DNA of 64,000 nucleotides from Escherichia coli (GTDB lineage Bacteria; Pseudomonadota; Gammaproteobacteria; Enterobacterales; Enterobacteriaceae): NCBI RefSeq assembly GCF_044324785.1, contig NZ_CP172127.1; one strand, 5' to 3'. Shown piece by piece: positions 1 to 12,676 of this stretch (position 1 is its first letter; each line of letters starts with the position of its first letter). The notes under the pieces were generated by a model. It saw only the letters and a program-made list of their open reading frames with translations, ran no database searches and was not told where the DNA came from. The position numbers and the translations under genes were made by a program.

Positions 1-1388
1 TGTCACATCAAACTGAAAATGAAACCTTTTTTAGCAATGAAGTTTCCTGGGGGATGCTGTCAAATACCTCACTGTACGGCGGCCTGCTGATTTCGGGTGA
101 CGACTACCATTCTGCCGCAATGGGTATCGGGCAAAATATGCTCTGGCTTGGTGCATTGTCGTTTGATGTCACCTGGGCCAGTAGTCAGTTTGATACTCAG
201 CAGGACGAGCGGGGCTTAAGTTACCGCTTTAATTACAGCAAACAAGTGGATGCCACTAACAGCACGATTTCGCTCGCCGCTTATCGCTTTTCAGATCGTC
301 ATTTTCACAGCTACGCCAACTATCTGGATCACAAATACAACGACAACGATGCGCAGGACGAAAAACAGACGATCAGCTTATCCGTGGGGCAACCGATTAC
401 CCCACTGAACCTCAATCTGTACGCCAACCTGCTGCATCAAACCTGGTGGAATGCAGACGCCTCCACGACCGCCAACATCACGGCGGGTTTTAATGTTGAT
501 ATTGGTAACTGGAGAGATATCTCGATCTCGACGTCATTCAATACAACCCATTACGAAGATAAAGATCGCGACAATCAGATTTACCTGTCGATTTCGCTCC
601 CCTTCGGTAACGGGGGGCGGGTCGGTTATGACATGCAAAACAGTAATCACAGCACCACGCACCGCATGTCGTGGAATGATACGTTAGATGAACGTAATAG
701 CTGGGGCATGTCTACCGGACTGCAATCCGACCGTCCGGATAATGGAGCCCAGGTGAGCGGTAACTATCAGCACCTGAGTTCAGCGGGTGAGTGGGATATT
801 TCTGGTACCTATGCCGCCAATGATTACAGTTCCGTCAGCAGCAGCTGGAGCGGTTCTTTCACGGCAACTCAATATGGTGCGGCGTTCCATCGTCGCAGCT
901 CCACCAATGAACCACGTCTGATGGTCAGTACCGATGGCGTGGCAGATATTCCGGTTCAGGGCAATCTCGACTACACCAACCATTTTGGCATTGCGGTGGT
1001 GCCGTTGATTTCCAGTTACCAGCCTTCCACCGTGGCGGTGAACATGAATGACTTACCCGACGGCGTAACAGTGGCAGAAAACGTTATCAAAGAAACGTGG
1101 ATAGAAGGCGCGATAGGTTACAAATCACTGGCTTCCCGTTCCGGTAAAGACGTTAACGTCATCATACGCAACGCCAGCGGTCAGTACCCTCCCCTCGGTG
1201 CGGATATCCGCCAGGATGACAGCGGCATTAGCGTGGGTATGGTTGGCGAGGAAGGACATGCCTGGTTAAGCGGAGTCGCTGAAAATCAACAATTTACCGT
1301 GGTCTGGGGTGATAGCCAGCATTGCTCGATCCATCTCCCTGAACATATGGAAGACACCGCAAATCGCCTGATTTTACCTTGTCATTAA
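1..1388 (+). CDS. ybgQ: Fimbrial outer-membrane usher, C-terminal part (5' end lies upstream of window)
   Basis: ORF open to window start in frame of 54..1388; translation resembles C-terminal half of PapC/FimD-type ushers; followed by chaperone and subunit genes. Confidence 0.75.
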   Translation, partial: SHQTENETFFSNEVSWGMLSNTSLYGGLLISGDDYHSAAMGIGQNMLWLGALSFDVTWASSQFDTQQDERGLSYRFNYSKQVDATNSTISLAAYRFSDRHFHSYANYLDHKYNDNDAQDEKQTISLSVGQPITPLNLNLYANLLHQTWWNADASTTANITAGFNVDIGNWRDISISTSFNTTHYEDKDRDNQIYLSISLPFGNGGRVGYDMQNSNHSTTHRMSWNDTLDERNSWGMSTGLQSDRPDNGAQVSGNYQHLSSAGEWDISGTYAANDYSSVSSSWSGSFTATQYGAAFHRRSSTNEPRLMVSTDGVADIPVQGNLDYTNHFGIAVVPLISSYQPSTVAVNMNDLPDGVTVAENVIKETWIEGAIGYKSLASRSGKDVNVIIRNASGQYPPLGADIRQDDSGISVGMVGEEGHAWLSGVAENQQFTVVWGDSQHCSIHLPEHMEDTANRLILPCH

Positions 1389-1402
1389 TTAAGGAAATGA
1401 AA

Positions 1403-2134
1403 ATGACATTTATGAAAGGACTACCCCTTTTGTTGTTGGTTGCCAGTCTGTGCAGCCACGCTGCACTACAACCCGATCGCACTCGTATTGTGTTTAACGC
1501 TAATGATAAAGCCACCAGCCTGCGAGTGGATAATCGTAGCGATAAACTCCCCTACCTCGCTTATTCCTGGCTCGAAAATGAAAAAGGGGAGAAAAGCGAT
1601 GATCTTCTGGTTGCCCTGCCACCGATACAACGTCTGGAACCGAAAGCAACAACGCAGGTACGGATAGTAAAGCAAGCCTCGACCACAAAATTACCGGGCG
1701 ATCGCGAAACGCTATTTTTCTACAATATGCGTGAAATTCCTCCCGCCCCGGAAAAAAATAGCGACCATGCCGTTCTGCAAGTCGCTATCCAGAGTCGTAT
1801 CAAGGTGTTCTGGAGACCGTCCGCGTTACGCAAGAAAGCAGGAGAAAAAGTCGAGCTACAGTTACAAGTCAGCCAGCAGGGCAATCAACTTAACTTAAAA
1901 AACCCGACCGGCTATTACCTGACAATCGCCTACCTGGGCCGAAATGAACAAGGCGTTCTCCCCGGCTTCAAAACCGTGATGGTTGCGCCTTTTAGTACGA
2001 TCAACACAAACACCGGAAGTTATAGCGGCAGGCAGTTTTATCTCGGTTATATGGATGATTACGGCGCGTTACGCATGACGACGCTCAATTGCAACGGACA
2101 TTGCCGTTTACAAGCAGTGGAGGCGAAGAAATGA
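1403..2134 (+). CDS. ybgP: Fimbrial periplasmic chaperone (PapD-like)
   Basis: ORF 1379..2134; ATG at 1403 preceded by AAGGAA RBS; N-terminal signal peptide [20 protein letters not shown]; chaperone-like sequence. Confidence 0.8.
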   Translation: MTFMKGLPLLLLVASLCSHAALQPDRTRIVFNANDKATSLRVDNRSDKLPYLAYSWLENEKGEKSDDLLVALPPIQRLEPKATTQVRIVKQASTTKLPGDRETLFFYNMREIPPAPEKNSDHAVLQVAIQSRIKVFWRPSALRKKAGEKVELQLQVSQQGNQLNLKNPTGYYLTIAYLGRNEQGVLPGFKTVMVAPFSTINTNTGSYSGRQFYLGYMDDYGALRMTTLNCNGHCRLQAVEAKK

Positions 2135-3192
2135 GTGCTGGCAAGGGAGTGTTGCTCGTCATCTGTCTGGTATTTCTGCCGTTGAAGTCTGCGCTTGCCC
2201 TGAACTGCTACTTTGGTTCATCCGGTGGTTCGGTAGAAAAATCAGAAGTGATTCAACCTTTTGCTGTACCAGGCAATGCCAAACCCGGCGATAAGATTTG
2301 GGAATCTGACGATATTAAAATTCCCGTCTATTGTGACAACAATACCAACGGCAACTTTGAAAGTGAGCATGTCTACGCCTGGGTAAACCCCTACCCGGGG
2401 GTGCAGGATCGCTATTATCAACTCGGCGTAACTTACAATGGCGTTGATTATGACGCCAACCAGGGAAAAAGCCGCATCGACACTAACCAGTGTATCGACA
2501 GTAAGAACATTGACATTTATACCCCTGAGCAGATCATCGCGATGGGATGGCAGAACAAAATTTGCTCGGGCGATCCCGCTAATATTCATATGTCGCGTAC
2601 CTTTCTCGCTCGCATGCGGTTATACGTCAAAATACGAGAAATGCCTCCGCATGATTATCAAAGTACGCTTAGCGACTATATCGTCGTGCAATTTGATGGT
2701 GCCGGTAGCGTTAACGAAGACCCTACCGCCCAAAACCTGAAATACCATATTACTGGTCTGGAAAACATTCGTGTACTGGATTGCAGCGTCAATTTTTCTA
2801 TTTCACCAGAAACACAGGTGATTGATTTTGGTAAATTTAACCTGCTGGATATTCGCCGCCACACAATGTCGAAAACATTCAGTATTAAGACGACAAAATC
2901 ACAAAATGACCAGTGCACCGACGGATTTAAGGTCAGCTCTTCGTTTTATACCGAAGAAACATTGATTGAAGAGGATAAAGCACTGCTGATTGGTAATGGA
3001 CTGAAGCTCCGTTTGCTGGATGAAAATTCTTCACCCTATACTTTCAACAAATACAGCGAATATGCTGATTTCACCAGCGATATGTTGATCTACGAAAAAA
3101 CCTATACGGCTGAACTTTCGTCCATTCCAGGTACCCCCATCGAGGCTGGCCCCTTCGATACAGTGGTGCTTTTTAAGATTAACTATAACTGA
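2131..3192 (+). CDS. ybgO: Putative fimbrial adhesin/subunit
   Basis: ORF 2089..3192; start MSAGKG at 2131 overlaps ybgP stop (ATGA); signal-peptide-like N-terminus; last gene of chaperone-usher cluster. Confidence 0.7.
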   Translation: MSAGKGVLLVICLVFLPLKSALALNCYFGSSGGSVEKSEVIQPFAVPGNAKPGDKIWESDDIKIPVYCDNNTNGNFESEHVYAWVNPYPGVQDRYYQLGVTYNGVDYDANQGKSRIDTNQCIDSKNIDIYTPEQIIAMGWQNKICSGDPANIHMSRTFLARMRLYVKIREMPPHDYQSTLSDYIVVQFDGAGSVNEDPTAQNLKYHITGLENIRVLDCSVNFSISPETQVIDFGKFNLLDIRRHTMSKTFSIKTTKSQNDQCTDGFKVSSSFYTEETLIEEDKALLIGNGLKLRLLDENSSPYTFNKYSEYADFTSDMLIYEKTYTAELSSIPGTPIEAGPFDTVVLFKINYN

Positions 3193-3343
3193 TTTGCCAT
3201 GGTGCCCTTTGCAGCCGGAAAGAGCATCTCTTTCAGAAAATTGCTGATTTTCCCCTTTTCCTTGATTGCTGTTATTTTTTCCTGGCCCGGCTTTCTTTAT
3301 GCTGTATCGATACACCAAAGAGAAAATAATGAGGGAGCGAAGG

Positions 3344-4390
3344 ATGCCAGTTTTGCAGTGGGGAATGTTATGTGTGCTATCACTTCTCCTTTCTATTGGT
3401 TTCCTCGCGGTACATCTCCCGGCGGCACTATTACTTGGGCCGATGATCGCCGGGATCATCTTTAGTATGCGCGGAATTACTCTGCAACTTCCTCGCTCCG
3501 CTTTTCTCGCCGCCCAGGCCATTCTTGGCTGCATGATTGCGCAAAACCTCACTGGTTCGATTCTCACCACGTTGGCCGCCAACTGGCCGATAGTGTTAGC
3601 CATTTTACTGGTGACGCTGCTTTCCAGCGCCATCGTGGGTTGGTTATTGGTGCGCTATAGCTCACTGCCTGGAAATACCGGTGCCTGGGGTTCTTCTCCT
3701 GGCGGCGCGGCGGCAATGGTCGCTATGGCGCAAGATTACGGCGCAGATATTCGCCTGGTGGCGTTTATGCAATATCTGCGAGTGCTGTTCGTCGCGGGGG
3801 CGGCTGTTCTGGTCACCCGCATGATGCTGGGCGATAACGCTGAAGCGGTTAACCAGCAGATCGTCTGGTTCCCGCCAGTGAGCATTAATCTCCTGCTTAC
3901 GATTTTGCTCGCGGTCGTTGCCGGTACGGCGGGATGCTTGCTACGTCTTCCTTCCGGCACAATGCTCATCCCGATGCTGGCGGGCGCAGTGCTCCAGTCT
4001 GGTCAGCTCATCACGATTGAACTCCCGGAATGGCTGCTGGCGATGGCGTATATGGCAATTGGCTGGAGGATTGGTCTTGGTTTCGATAAGCAAATCTTAC
4101 TGCGAGCATTGCGCCCACTGCCACAAATCTTGCTGTCGATTTTTGCTCTGCTGGCTATTTGTGCAGGTATGGCGTGGGGGCTGACCCGGTTTATGCATAT
4201 TGATTTTATGACCGCCTACCTCGCCACCAGTCCCGGCGGGCTTGATACCGTGGCGGTCATCGCCGCAGGGAGCAATGCCGATATGGCGCTTATTATGGCG
4301 ATGCAAACCCTGCGCCTGTTCAGTATTTTGCTGACGGGGCCAGCCATTGCGCGGTTTATTTCAACCTATGCGCCGAAGCGGTCGGCCTAG
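3344..4390 (+). CDS. abrB: AbrB-family inner membrane protein (putative transporter/regulator)
   Basis: ORF 3266..4390; ATG at 3344 after GAGGGAGCGAAGG; highly hydrophobic multi-pass membrane protein. Confidence 0.75.
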   Translation: MPVLQWGMLCVLSLLLSIGFLAVHLPAALLLGPMIAGIIFSMRGITLQLPRSAFLAAQAILGCMIAQNLTGSILTTLAANWPIVLAILLVTLLSSAIVGWLLVRYSSLPGNTGAWGSSPGGAAAMVAMAQDYGADIRLVAFMQYLRVLFVAGAAVLVTRMMLGDNAEAVNQQIVWFPPVSINLLLTILLAVVAGTAGCLLRLPSGTMLIPMLAGAVLQSGQLITIELPEWLLAMAYMAIGWRIGLGFDKQILLRALRPLPQILLSIFALLAICAGMAWGLTRFMHIDFMTAYLATSPGGLDTVAVIAAGSNADMALIMAMQTLRLFSILLTGPAIARFISTYAPKRSA

Positions 4391-5178
4391 TGCTGGCAGC
4401 CTGGACACCAGTAAAACGGGCGCGAGGACAGCGTAGTTTTCTCAATGATGCCGCCACAGCGTTCGCACGGTTCGCCATCACGATGAAAAACCTTAAAGCG
4501 AAACAGCGCCCCATGATATTTGTTTTCATCCACCTGCCCCCGCGTAGCGTAAGAAAGTCGCGGAATATCCAGTAACGCGTGTGCGAGTGCATCCAGTTGC
4601 GCCGCATTGAGATCTTTCGCTTTATGATTTCCGGTTAACCCCACCTGCCAGAGGATCTCCACCCGCAAATAATTGCCAAGTCCTGCCAGAAACGCCTGAT
4701 CGAGCAGTAATCCAGCAAACTGACGGTTACGAAAGCGCGGCGACAATAATCGTTCCTTTACCACCTCCGGCGTCAGATTCGGATCCAGCACATCGGGGCC
4801 GACTCGTTGTAAAAACGGATGCGTGGTCAGTTGTTCCGGGGTCAACATCTCAATATCCGAGGCGCTATAAAGCAGAATGGTTTTGTCAGCCGTTTGCAGT
4901 TTTACCCGCAATACTCGCGTGGTCTGCGGCTCTTCGCCGGTATCAACCACGCGCCAGACGCCGTAAAGCTGATTATGGCTGTAGAGCGTTAAACCGTTGG
5001 AAAAATGAGTTAACAACGCCTTACCTCGCGTTTCCACATGGGTAACGTGTTGACCGATAAGTTGTGATTGATAAGGTTCTAACTGCGGGAAGGCAAACCA
5101 GACATCAGTTAGTGGTTTGCCTTTGATCGCCGCCTCCAGGTTATCCGCTGCACGGCGGATCTCCGGGCCTTCAGGCAT
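4387..5178 (-). CDS. nei: Endonuclease VIII (DNA glycosylase/AP lyase)
   Basis: 263-aa ORF beginning MPEGPEIRR (Fpg/Nei N-terminal PEGPE motif); C-terminal zinc finger CxxC...CxxC. Confidence 0.9.
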   Translation of the reverse strand: MPEGPEIRRAADNLEAAIKGKPLTDVWFAFPQLEPYQSQLIGQHVTHVETRGKALLTHFSNGLTLYSHNQLYGVWRVVDTGEEPQTTRVLRVKLQTADKTILLYSASDIEMLTPEQLTTHPFLQRVGPDVLDPNLTPEVVKERLLSPRFRNRQFAGLLLDQAFLAGLGNYLRVEILWQVGLTGNHKAKDLNAAQLDALAHALLDIPRLSYATRGQVDENKYHGALFRFKVFHRDGEPCERCGGIIEKTTLSSRPFYWCPGCQH

Positions 5179-5213
5179 GGTGATATCCTTTTTTCATTCT
5201 TTATTAAGCGGGG

Positions 5214-5948
5214 TTATGCTGCGACAACAATCCCCTTTTCGGCAAATGTAAAGCGTAGTCGGCGGGCGAATGCCAGTGCGTGTTCTCCATCGCCATGCAG
5301 GCAGACCGTTTGCGCCGTGACCGTTGCCCATTCGCCGTTGATACTTTTGACTCTGCCGTGTTGCACCATCTCCAACGTTTGCGCCAGCGCCTGTTCTTCG
5401 TCTTCAATCAGCGCTCCTGGCTGGCTTCGCGGCACCAGCGAGCCGTCAGCCTGATAACCGCGATCGGCGAACACTTCCTCGCGCGTTGTCAGGCCATATT
5501 GCTTGCCTGCACGAATCAGCTCGCTTCCCGCCAGCCCGACGAGAATCAATGCCGGATCGCAAGCGTATACCGCTCTGGCGATAGCGTCTGCCAGTTGTGC
5601 CTCTTTCGCCGCCTGGTTGTATAACATGCCGTGCGGTTTGACATGACGCATTACGCCGCCTTGCGCACGGGCAATCGCTGCCAGCGCGCCAATTTGATAC
5701 AGCGTCTGGGCGTAAACGGTTTCTGGCGGCAGCTGCATGGCGCTGCGACCAAAATTTTCCCTGTCGGGAAAACTCGGGTGAGCGCCAATCGCGACACCAT
5801 TTTTTATTGCTTCACGCACGCAAGCCTGCATGGTTTGCGCATTGCCTGCATGAAATCCACAAGCAATATTGGCAGAGGAAACCAGCGTTAATAGCTCTGC
5901 GTCGCTGGCGCAGCCTTCGCCCAGATCGGCGTTCAGGTCAATTTTCAT
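5214..5948 (-). CDS. pxpA: 5-oxoprolinase subunit A (LamB/YcsF family)
   Basis: 244-aa [15 protein letters not shown]; LamB/YcsF family signature; operon with pxpB/pxpC. Confidence 0.85.
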   Translation of the reverse strand: MKIDLNADLGEGCASDAELLTLVSSANIACGFHAGNAQTMQACVREAIKNGVAIGAHPSFPDRENFGRSAMQLPPETVYAQTLYQIGALAAIARAQGGVMRHVKPHGMLYNQAAKEAQLADAIARAVYACDPALILVGLAGSELIRAGKQYGLTTREEVFADRGYQADGSLVPRSQPGALIEDEEQALAQTLEMVQHGRVKSINGEWATVTAQTVCLHGDGEHALAFARRLRFTFAEKGIVVAA

Positions 5949-6870
5949 TGTGCAGCCGCCACGCTAATTGTTCGAAATAACGTTGCTGATCTTGCCGTGC
6001 TTTCAGTGCCTCTTCCAGTGAACACTGGACAAAATGAATCGGCTGACCGAGCGGAATTTGCGCCAGATGGTACATATCAGCCTCAATGATACAGGCAATA
6101 CGCGGATAACCACCGGTGGTCTGTGCGTCGTTCATCAATACAATCGGCTGGCCGTTATGCGGTACCTGCACCACACCCGGCAACAAACCGTGAGATAACA
6201 GTTCGCGATCGGTGGTACGTTTTAAAATTTGCCCCTGTAAGCGATAGCCCATTCGGTTACTTTGCGAGCTAAGCTGCCAGGGCGAACGCCAGAATGCATC
6301 CTGTGAGGCGCGATCGAACTCATGATATTCCGGCCCCGGCAAGGCGCGAATGCGGTTGCCCCACAGCAACTGTTTAACGCCCTGCGCTTCCATAAAATCA
6401 CGCTTCGCTTTGCCAATCGGGAGTCGGTCACCATCCTTCAGTAAACGGCCTTCCAGCCCGCCAATCCCCACTTTGAGATCGGTGCTGCATGACCCCATTA
6501 CCGGCGGAACATCAATACCACCCGCGACCGCCAGATAACTGCGCATCCCGTGCTGCGGGCGTTTAAGCGTTAAACGCTGGCCTGCTTTCATCGGCAATCG
6601 CCAGCCGGTCCAGACGGCGTTATCATCCAACCGCGCTTCGCAACCGGCCCCCGTCAGAGCAAACCACCCATCAGTTTCGAACTCAACCGTTAACTGACCG
6701 AGCGTGATCTCCAGCGCGGGGGCATTGGCGTCATTACCCACCAGTAGGTTAGCAATGCGTAACGCGGGCATATCCAGTGCGCCGCAGTGGCTGATACCCG
6801 ACTGGCGAAAACCGTGACGACCGCCATCCTGCACAGTGGTATACATGCCCGCACGAATAATCTTCAGCAT
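5938..6870 (-). CDS. pxpC: 5-oxoprolinase subunit C (allophanate hydrolase subunit 2-like)
   Basis: 310-aa ORF overlapping pxpA start and pxpB stop; recognised as YbgK. Confidence 0.85.
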
Positions 6871-7520
6871 ACTCCCTCCTTCTGCGGTACAAAGCGCACG
6901 CTGTCTCCCGGACGTAATAAGATGGGTTCGTCACGCGCCGGATCAAACAGGCTGAGTGAGGTATGACCAATCAACTGCCAGCCACCCGGCGTTGCCAGCG
7001 GATAAACACCAGTCTGCGGCCCGCCGATCCCGACAGAACCTGCCGGAACGAGCAAGCGCGGTTCAGCGCGCCGTGGCGTGTGTAGTTGTTCCGGCAAACT
7101 CCCGAGATACGGGAAACCCGGCTGAAAGCCCAAAAACCAGACCACATATTCCACGGAGGAGTGCAGTTCAACGACCTGTTTTTCGCTCAACCCACAATGC
7201 GCCGCGACCACCGCCAAATCCGGTCCGCCTGCGCCACCGTAAACCACCGGAATTTCAATAAAACGAGACTCCGGCTCCAGCGCCTCACTCTCCTCCCACC
7301 AGCGTTGCAAACGCTCTATGGCATCCAGTGCCAGCGACTCAGGATTACGTAAAATCACCGTGATATTGTTCATGCCGGGAATGGCTTCAACCACATTCGG
7401 CATATCCACCAGACGCTGCGCCAGTCGCCAGATCCGTTTCTGGCTAGCCAGCGTCACCGGCGGTTCCAGCTCCAGCACTACCGCCGTTTCACCTATCAGA
7501 TAACAACGCGCTCGTTGCAC
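6864..7520 (-). CDS. pxpB: 5-oxoprolinase subunit B (allophanate hydrolase subunit 1-like)
   Basis: 218-aa ORF recognised as YbgJ; overlapping gene arrangement suggests translational coupling. Confidence 0.85.
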
Positions 7521-7542
7521 TTTCGATCCCTCTGATTATTCG

Positions 7543-8286
7543 TTATGCAGGATTAGGAATATCAATAAAGGTCACATCAAGATCGGTATTTTCATTCAGC
7601 CACTCGCTCAATGCGCGAATACCACCGCGTTCAGTGGCATGGTGACCCGCAGCATAAAAATGCAATCCCTGCTCGCGGGCTGAATGAATGGTCTGTTCTG
7701 AAACTTCGCCAGTAATAAAAGCATCCACGCCAAAACGCGCGGCGCTATCGATAAAACTTTGCCCGCCGCCCGTGCACCAGGCAACGCGCTGGACCACCTC
7801 AGGTCCGGTATCGCCACACCATAACGGCTTACGTCCCAGACGCGCTTCAATCCAGGAGGCTAGTTCCAGTCCCGGCACAGGCATGGTCAGTTCGCCCCAC
7901 GGCACCAACGGCTCAATTTCGCCCATGACCGTGATCCCCAGTAACGCCGCCAGCTGTGCGTTATTGCCCAGCTCAGGATGTGCGTCAAGCGGCAAATGCC
8001 AGCCATACAGGTTGATATCATTTGCCAGCAACGTTTTTAAACGGTTACGCTTCATGCCGCGAATGACCGGAGATTCGCCTTTCCAGAAGTAGCCATGATG
8101 CACAATGACCGCATCCGCGCCCAGACGCACTGCCTCATCGAGCAAAGCCTGGCTGGCAGTGACACCGGTAACAATTTTTTGCACCGTCTCTTTGCCTTCC
8201 ACCTGCAAACCATTCGGCGCGTAATCACTAATCGCCGCGCTGTTCAGTTTTTCGTTAATCAGTTGTTCCAGTTCGGTGTTTTTCAT
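7543..8286 (-). CDS. ybgI: Nif3-family dinuclear metal-centre protein
   Basis: 247-aa ORF recognised as YbgI; first gene of minus-strand ybgI-pxpBCA-nei cluster. Confidence 0.85.
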   Translation of the reverse strand: MKNTELEQLINEKLNSAAISDYAPNGLQVEGKETVQKIVTGVTASQALLDEAVRLGADAVIVHHGYFWKGESPVIRGMKRNRLKTLLANDINLYGWHLPLDAHPELGNNAQLAALLGITVMGEIEPLVPWGELTMPVPGLELASWIEARLGRKPLWCGDTGPEVVQRVAWCTGGGQSFIDSAARFGVDAFITGEVSEQTIHSAREQGLHFYAAGHHATERGGIRALSEWLNENTDLDVTFIDIPNPA

Positions 8287-8373
8287 CTTCGCGCCTTCCG
8301 TATTCTGATAGCTACACCGTTAACATAGCGTTACCTCGCCTGTTCGTCGATAGCCAATCTTTTGACATATTAA

Positions 8374-10038
<1,665 letters not shown>

Positions 10039-10049
10039 CAGGCCAGCAC

Positions 10050-10087
10050 CGATGCCTGATAAAACGCTCGCTGCGTTTTATCAGGCT
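10050..10087. terminator. Bidirectional hairpin between convergent dtpD and phr
   Basis: Inverted repeat GCCTGATAAAACGC...GCGTTTTATCAGGC directly after dtpD stop and phr stop. Confidence 0.45.
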
Positions 10088-11499
10088 CCTTTCCTCGCTT
10101 CTTCGTACGCTGCCAGCGTTCGCAGCCTTGCCTCTTTGTGATCGACTATCGGTTGCGGATAATCCAGCGTCACACCTGCTTTCTCAGCCCACTTCCACGG
10201 CTCATGCACTGCTTTCCCCGGTACATTGCGCAACTCTGGTAGCCACCGGCGGATAAACTCGCCTTCGCGGTCAAATTTCTCGCCCTGGGTTGTCGGGTTA
10301 AAAATACGAAAATACGGCGCTGCATCGGTTCCGGTTGAAGCGGCCCACTGCCAGCCACCGTTATTGGCTGCCAAATCACCATCAATCAGCTGCGACATGA
10401 AATATCGCTCGCCTTCGCGCCAGTCGATCAATAAATCTTTCACCAAAAAACTGGCTGTAATCATCCGTAGCCGGTTATGCATCCAGCCAGTGCTGTTAAG
10501 CTGACGCATGGCAGCATCAACAATCGGGTATCCCGTTTTACCTTCTTGCCAGGCTTTAAAATGGGCGGGATTGCGCTGCCACTGCACACGATCCGTCCAG
10601 ACAATAAACGGACGATGTTTACACAGCGAAGGATAATACGTCATCAAATGGCGGTAGAACTCGCGCCAGATCAACTCATTAAGCCAGACACTACCGGCCC
10701 CATCTTCCAGCGCCTGCGGCTGTTCCGCCAACAGGCGATGCAGACACTGGCGAGGCGATAACCCGCCCGTTGCCAGGCTGGCGGACAAACGGCTGGTGCC
10801 TTCTACCGCAGGGAAATCTCGCTGTTGCTCGTACTCCCCTGCTCCGCTCTGGCAAAACTGGCGTAATTGCGCAATCGCCGCTTTCTCTTCCACCGGGAAA
10901 TGCGCAGTATCGAAAGGCTGACGAGGATAATTCAGCGTAATGGATGGCGCGGGAGCTATCGATCCGCTACTACGTACTTTTGGCGCAGCGACGCACTCCG
11001 GCATCCCTTCTCGCAGCCGTTTCAGCCAGGCGTTTTTAAATGGCGTAAAGACTTTGTACATCTCATGATTGCCAGTCATCACCGCCCCCGGCGGCAGGAT
11101 CACGCTGTCATCAAATCCTTCACACACCACGTTACGCAGCGCCCTCTCAGCCTGCACATCCCGCGCCCGCTCATTCACCTCATACTGATAGTTATAAAAC
11201 AGATGAGTAACGCGGTTTTCCGCGCACACCTGCTTAACTATTTCGACGCTGGCGGCAAAGTCATCCACTTCATGAAACAGCAAAGGAATGCCTTTTTCCG
11301 CCAGCGCGATTTGTAGCCCGTTCAGTTGAGCATTGATAAATTCAGCCTGACGCGGCGACATATTATGCGCCGCCCACTGGCGTGGTGTAGCGATATACAA
11401 CGCCAGCACACGTGCAGACGAATTGCGGCAGGCGGCAGCCAGTGCGAAATTATCGTGCAGACGTAAATCCTGGCGAAACCAGACCAGATGGGTAGTCAT
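10081..11499 (-). CDS. phr: Deoxyribodipyrimidine photolyase
   Basis: 472-aa ORF MTTHLVWFRQDLRLHDN, photolyase/cryptochrome family. Confidence 0.9.
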   Translation of the reverse strand: MTTHLVWFRQDLRLHDNFALAAACRNSSARVLALYIATPRQWAAHNMSPRQAEFINAQLNGLQIALAEKGIPLLFHEVDDFAASVEIVKQVCAENRVTHLFYNYQYEVNERARDVQAERALRNVVCEGFDDSVILPPGAVMTGNHEMYKVFTPFKNAWLKRLREGMPECVAAPKVRSSGSIAPAPSITLNYPRQPFDTAHFPVEEKAAIAQLRQFCQSGAGEYEQQRDFPAVEGTSRLSASLATGGLSPRQCLHRLLAEQPQALEDGAGSVWLNELIWREFYRHLMTYYPSLCKHRPFIVWTDRVQWQRNPAHFKAWQEGKTGYPIVDAAMRQLNSTGWMHNRLRMITASFLVKDLLIDWREGERYFMSQLIDGDLAANNGGWQWAASTGTDAAPYFRIFNPTTQGEKFDREGEFIRRWLPELRNVPGKAVHEPWKWAEKAGVTLDYPQPIVDHKEARLRTLAAYEEARKGA

Positions 11500-12005
11500 A
11501 AAACTCCTGAATGGCGCAAGTTAATCACACGCGGCCAAAGTTCGAAATAACGCTGCCCTGAAAGCCAGGCGTCAGGATAAAGCGCCATATAGTGTTTGAT
11601 ACGCATCAGCAGCGCAAGAAGCGGTTGCTCGCCTCGGCGATAACTGTCGATAAGCGCCGCCAGCTGCTGGCGTTCTGTGGAATCAATATGCGGGCGAAAA
11701 TAACCCTGAACGTGCATCAAAACGTTGGTGTGGTCACGTCGGTTGGCGGGGTGAGAAAGCAAAACAATTACGCGTTGGCGGTACTGGTTGTAATAGTCAT
11801 CCAGATTTTGCCACTGGTGAATATCAGCCACGAACGGGCCAAGTTTGCGGTATTCCGGCTGGGAATGAGCCAGAAAGACGAGTTTATAGCGGCTGTGATA
11901 ATCGAGAAGCGCCCCGCGCGTTAAGCCATGTTCTTTCAGTCGATGTAACTCATGAAGGGCGAAGATACGGATTAGGGTGCTGTCATCAAATCGTTGCTGA
12001 TTCAT
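11496..12005 (-). CDS. ybgA: DUF1722 protein, co-transcribed with phr
   Basis: ORF 11496..12116; ATG at 12005 (MNQQRFDD) preceded by AGGAG RBS gives 169 aa; stop overlaps phr start. Confidence 0.8.
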   Translation of the reverse strand: MNQQRFDDSTLIRIFALHELHRLKEHGLTRGALLDYHSRYKLVFLAHSQPEYRKLGPFVADIHQWQNLDDYYNQYRQRVIVLLSHPANRRDHTNVLMHVQGYFRPHIDSTERQQLAALIDSYRRGEQPLLALLMRIKHYMALYPDAWLSGQRYFELWPRVINLRHSGVL

Positions 12006-12289
12006 TACTGCTCCTGAGATATTAACAGGAGTAAGTGTAGACGATGGTAAATGAATTTTGTGGGGCAGAGTTTTTGCGGGGAAGTATTTTGTTGGTAAAA
12101 ATATTATCAACTTCATCTGAGCGAGAATTATTCTACTATTTTCCGAGCTGCATTCATTTTTTGTATTTTTTATTTTTAGAAAATAACAGTTCTCAAAGCT
12201 TAATCACCTCACTATTAATTGTATTTCAAACCAATAATCGCACTCCATTTTCTCTTTTTAAAAAATATAAACACTGTTAAAACAAATAT

Positions 12290-12676
12290 TTATTTCGTTA
12301 TCTTAAATGCTATTTCTACATCACTCGTCCTTATAATCAAATTATTCTTATTCATAGCTATTTTTGCAGGTTTAAAATAGCGGCTTTCACCAAAGTCAGC
12401 CATAAAAATTAGACTACAAGTTCTCCCAGCCTTTGCACATGAGAAAAACCACCCATCAACTCTATTTATTCCTGAACCTTTAACACCATAATAAATCAGA
12501 ATTTCTGGGTATTGTTCATCCTTCACGTTTTCATATTTTTGGTATTTAATTGAAAACCAAGAGTCTATACTGCCAACATCTTCAAAAAATATTGGAGCTG
12601 ATGTTTCCGCATGAACATATGCAGAAAATGCTAACAAAATGGCAATACTTAGTTTGGTAAACATATCGTTCCACAC
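12290..12676 (-). CDS. Hypothetical secreted protein; candidate immunity protein for the orphan Rhs toxin
   Basis: 128-aa ORF; Sec-type signal peptide [21 protein letters not shown] (start may be ATG at 12664); AT-rich; immediately downstream of orphan Rhs C-terminal cassette. Confidence 0.5.
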   Translation of the reverse strand: MWNDMFTKLSIAILLAFSAYVHAETSAPIFFEDVGSIDSWFSIKYQKYENVKDEQYPEILIYYGVKGSGINRVDGWFFSCAKAGRTCSLIFMADFGESRYFKPAKIAMNKNNLIIRTSDVEIAFKITK

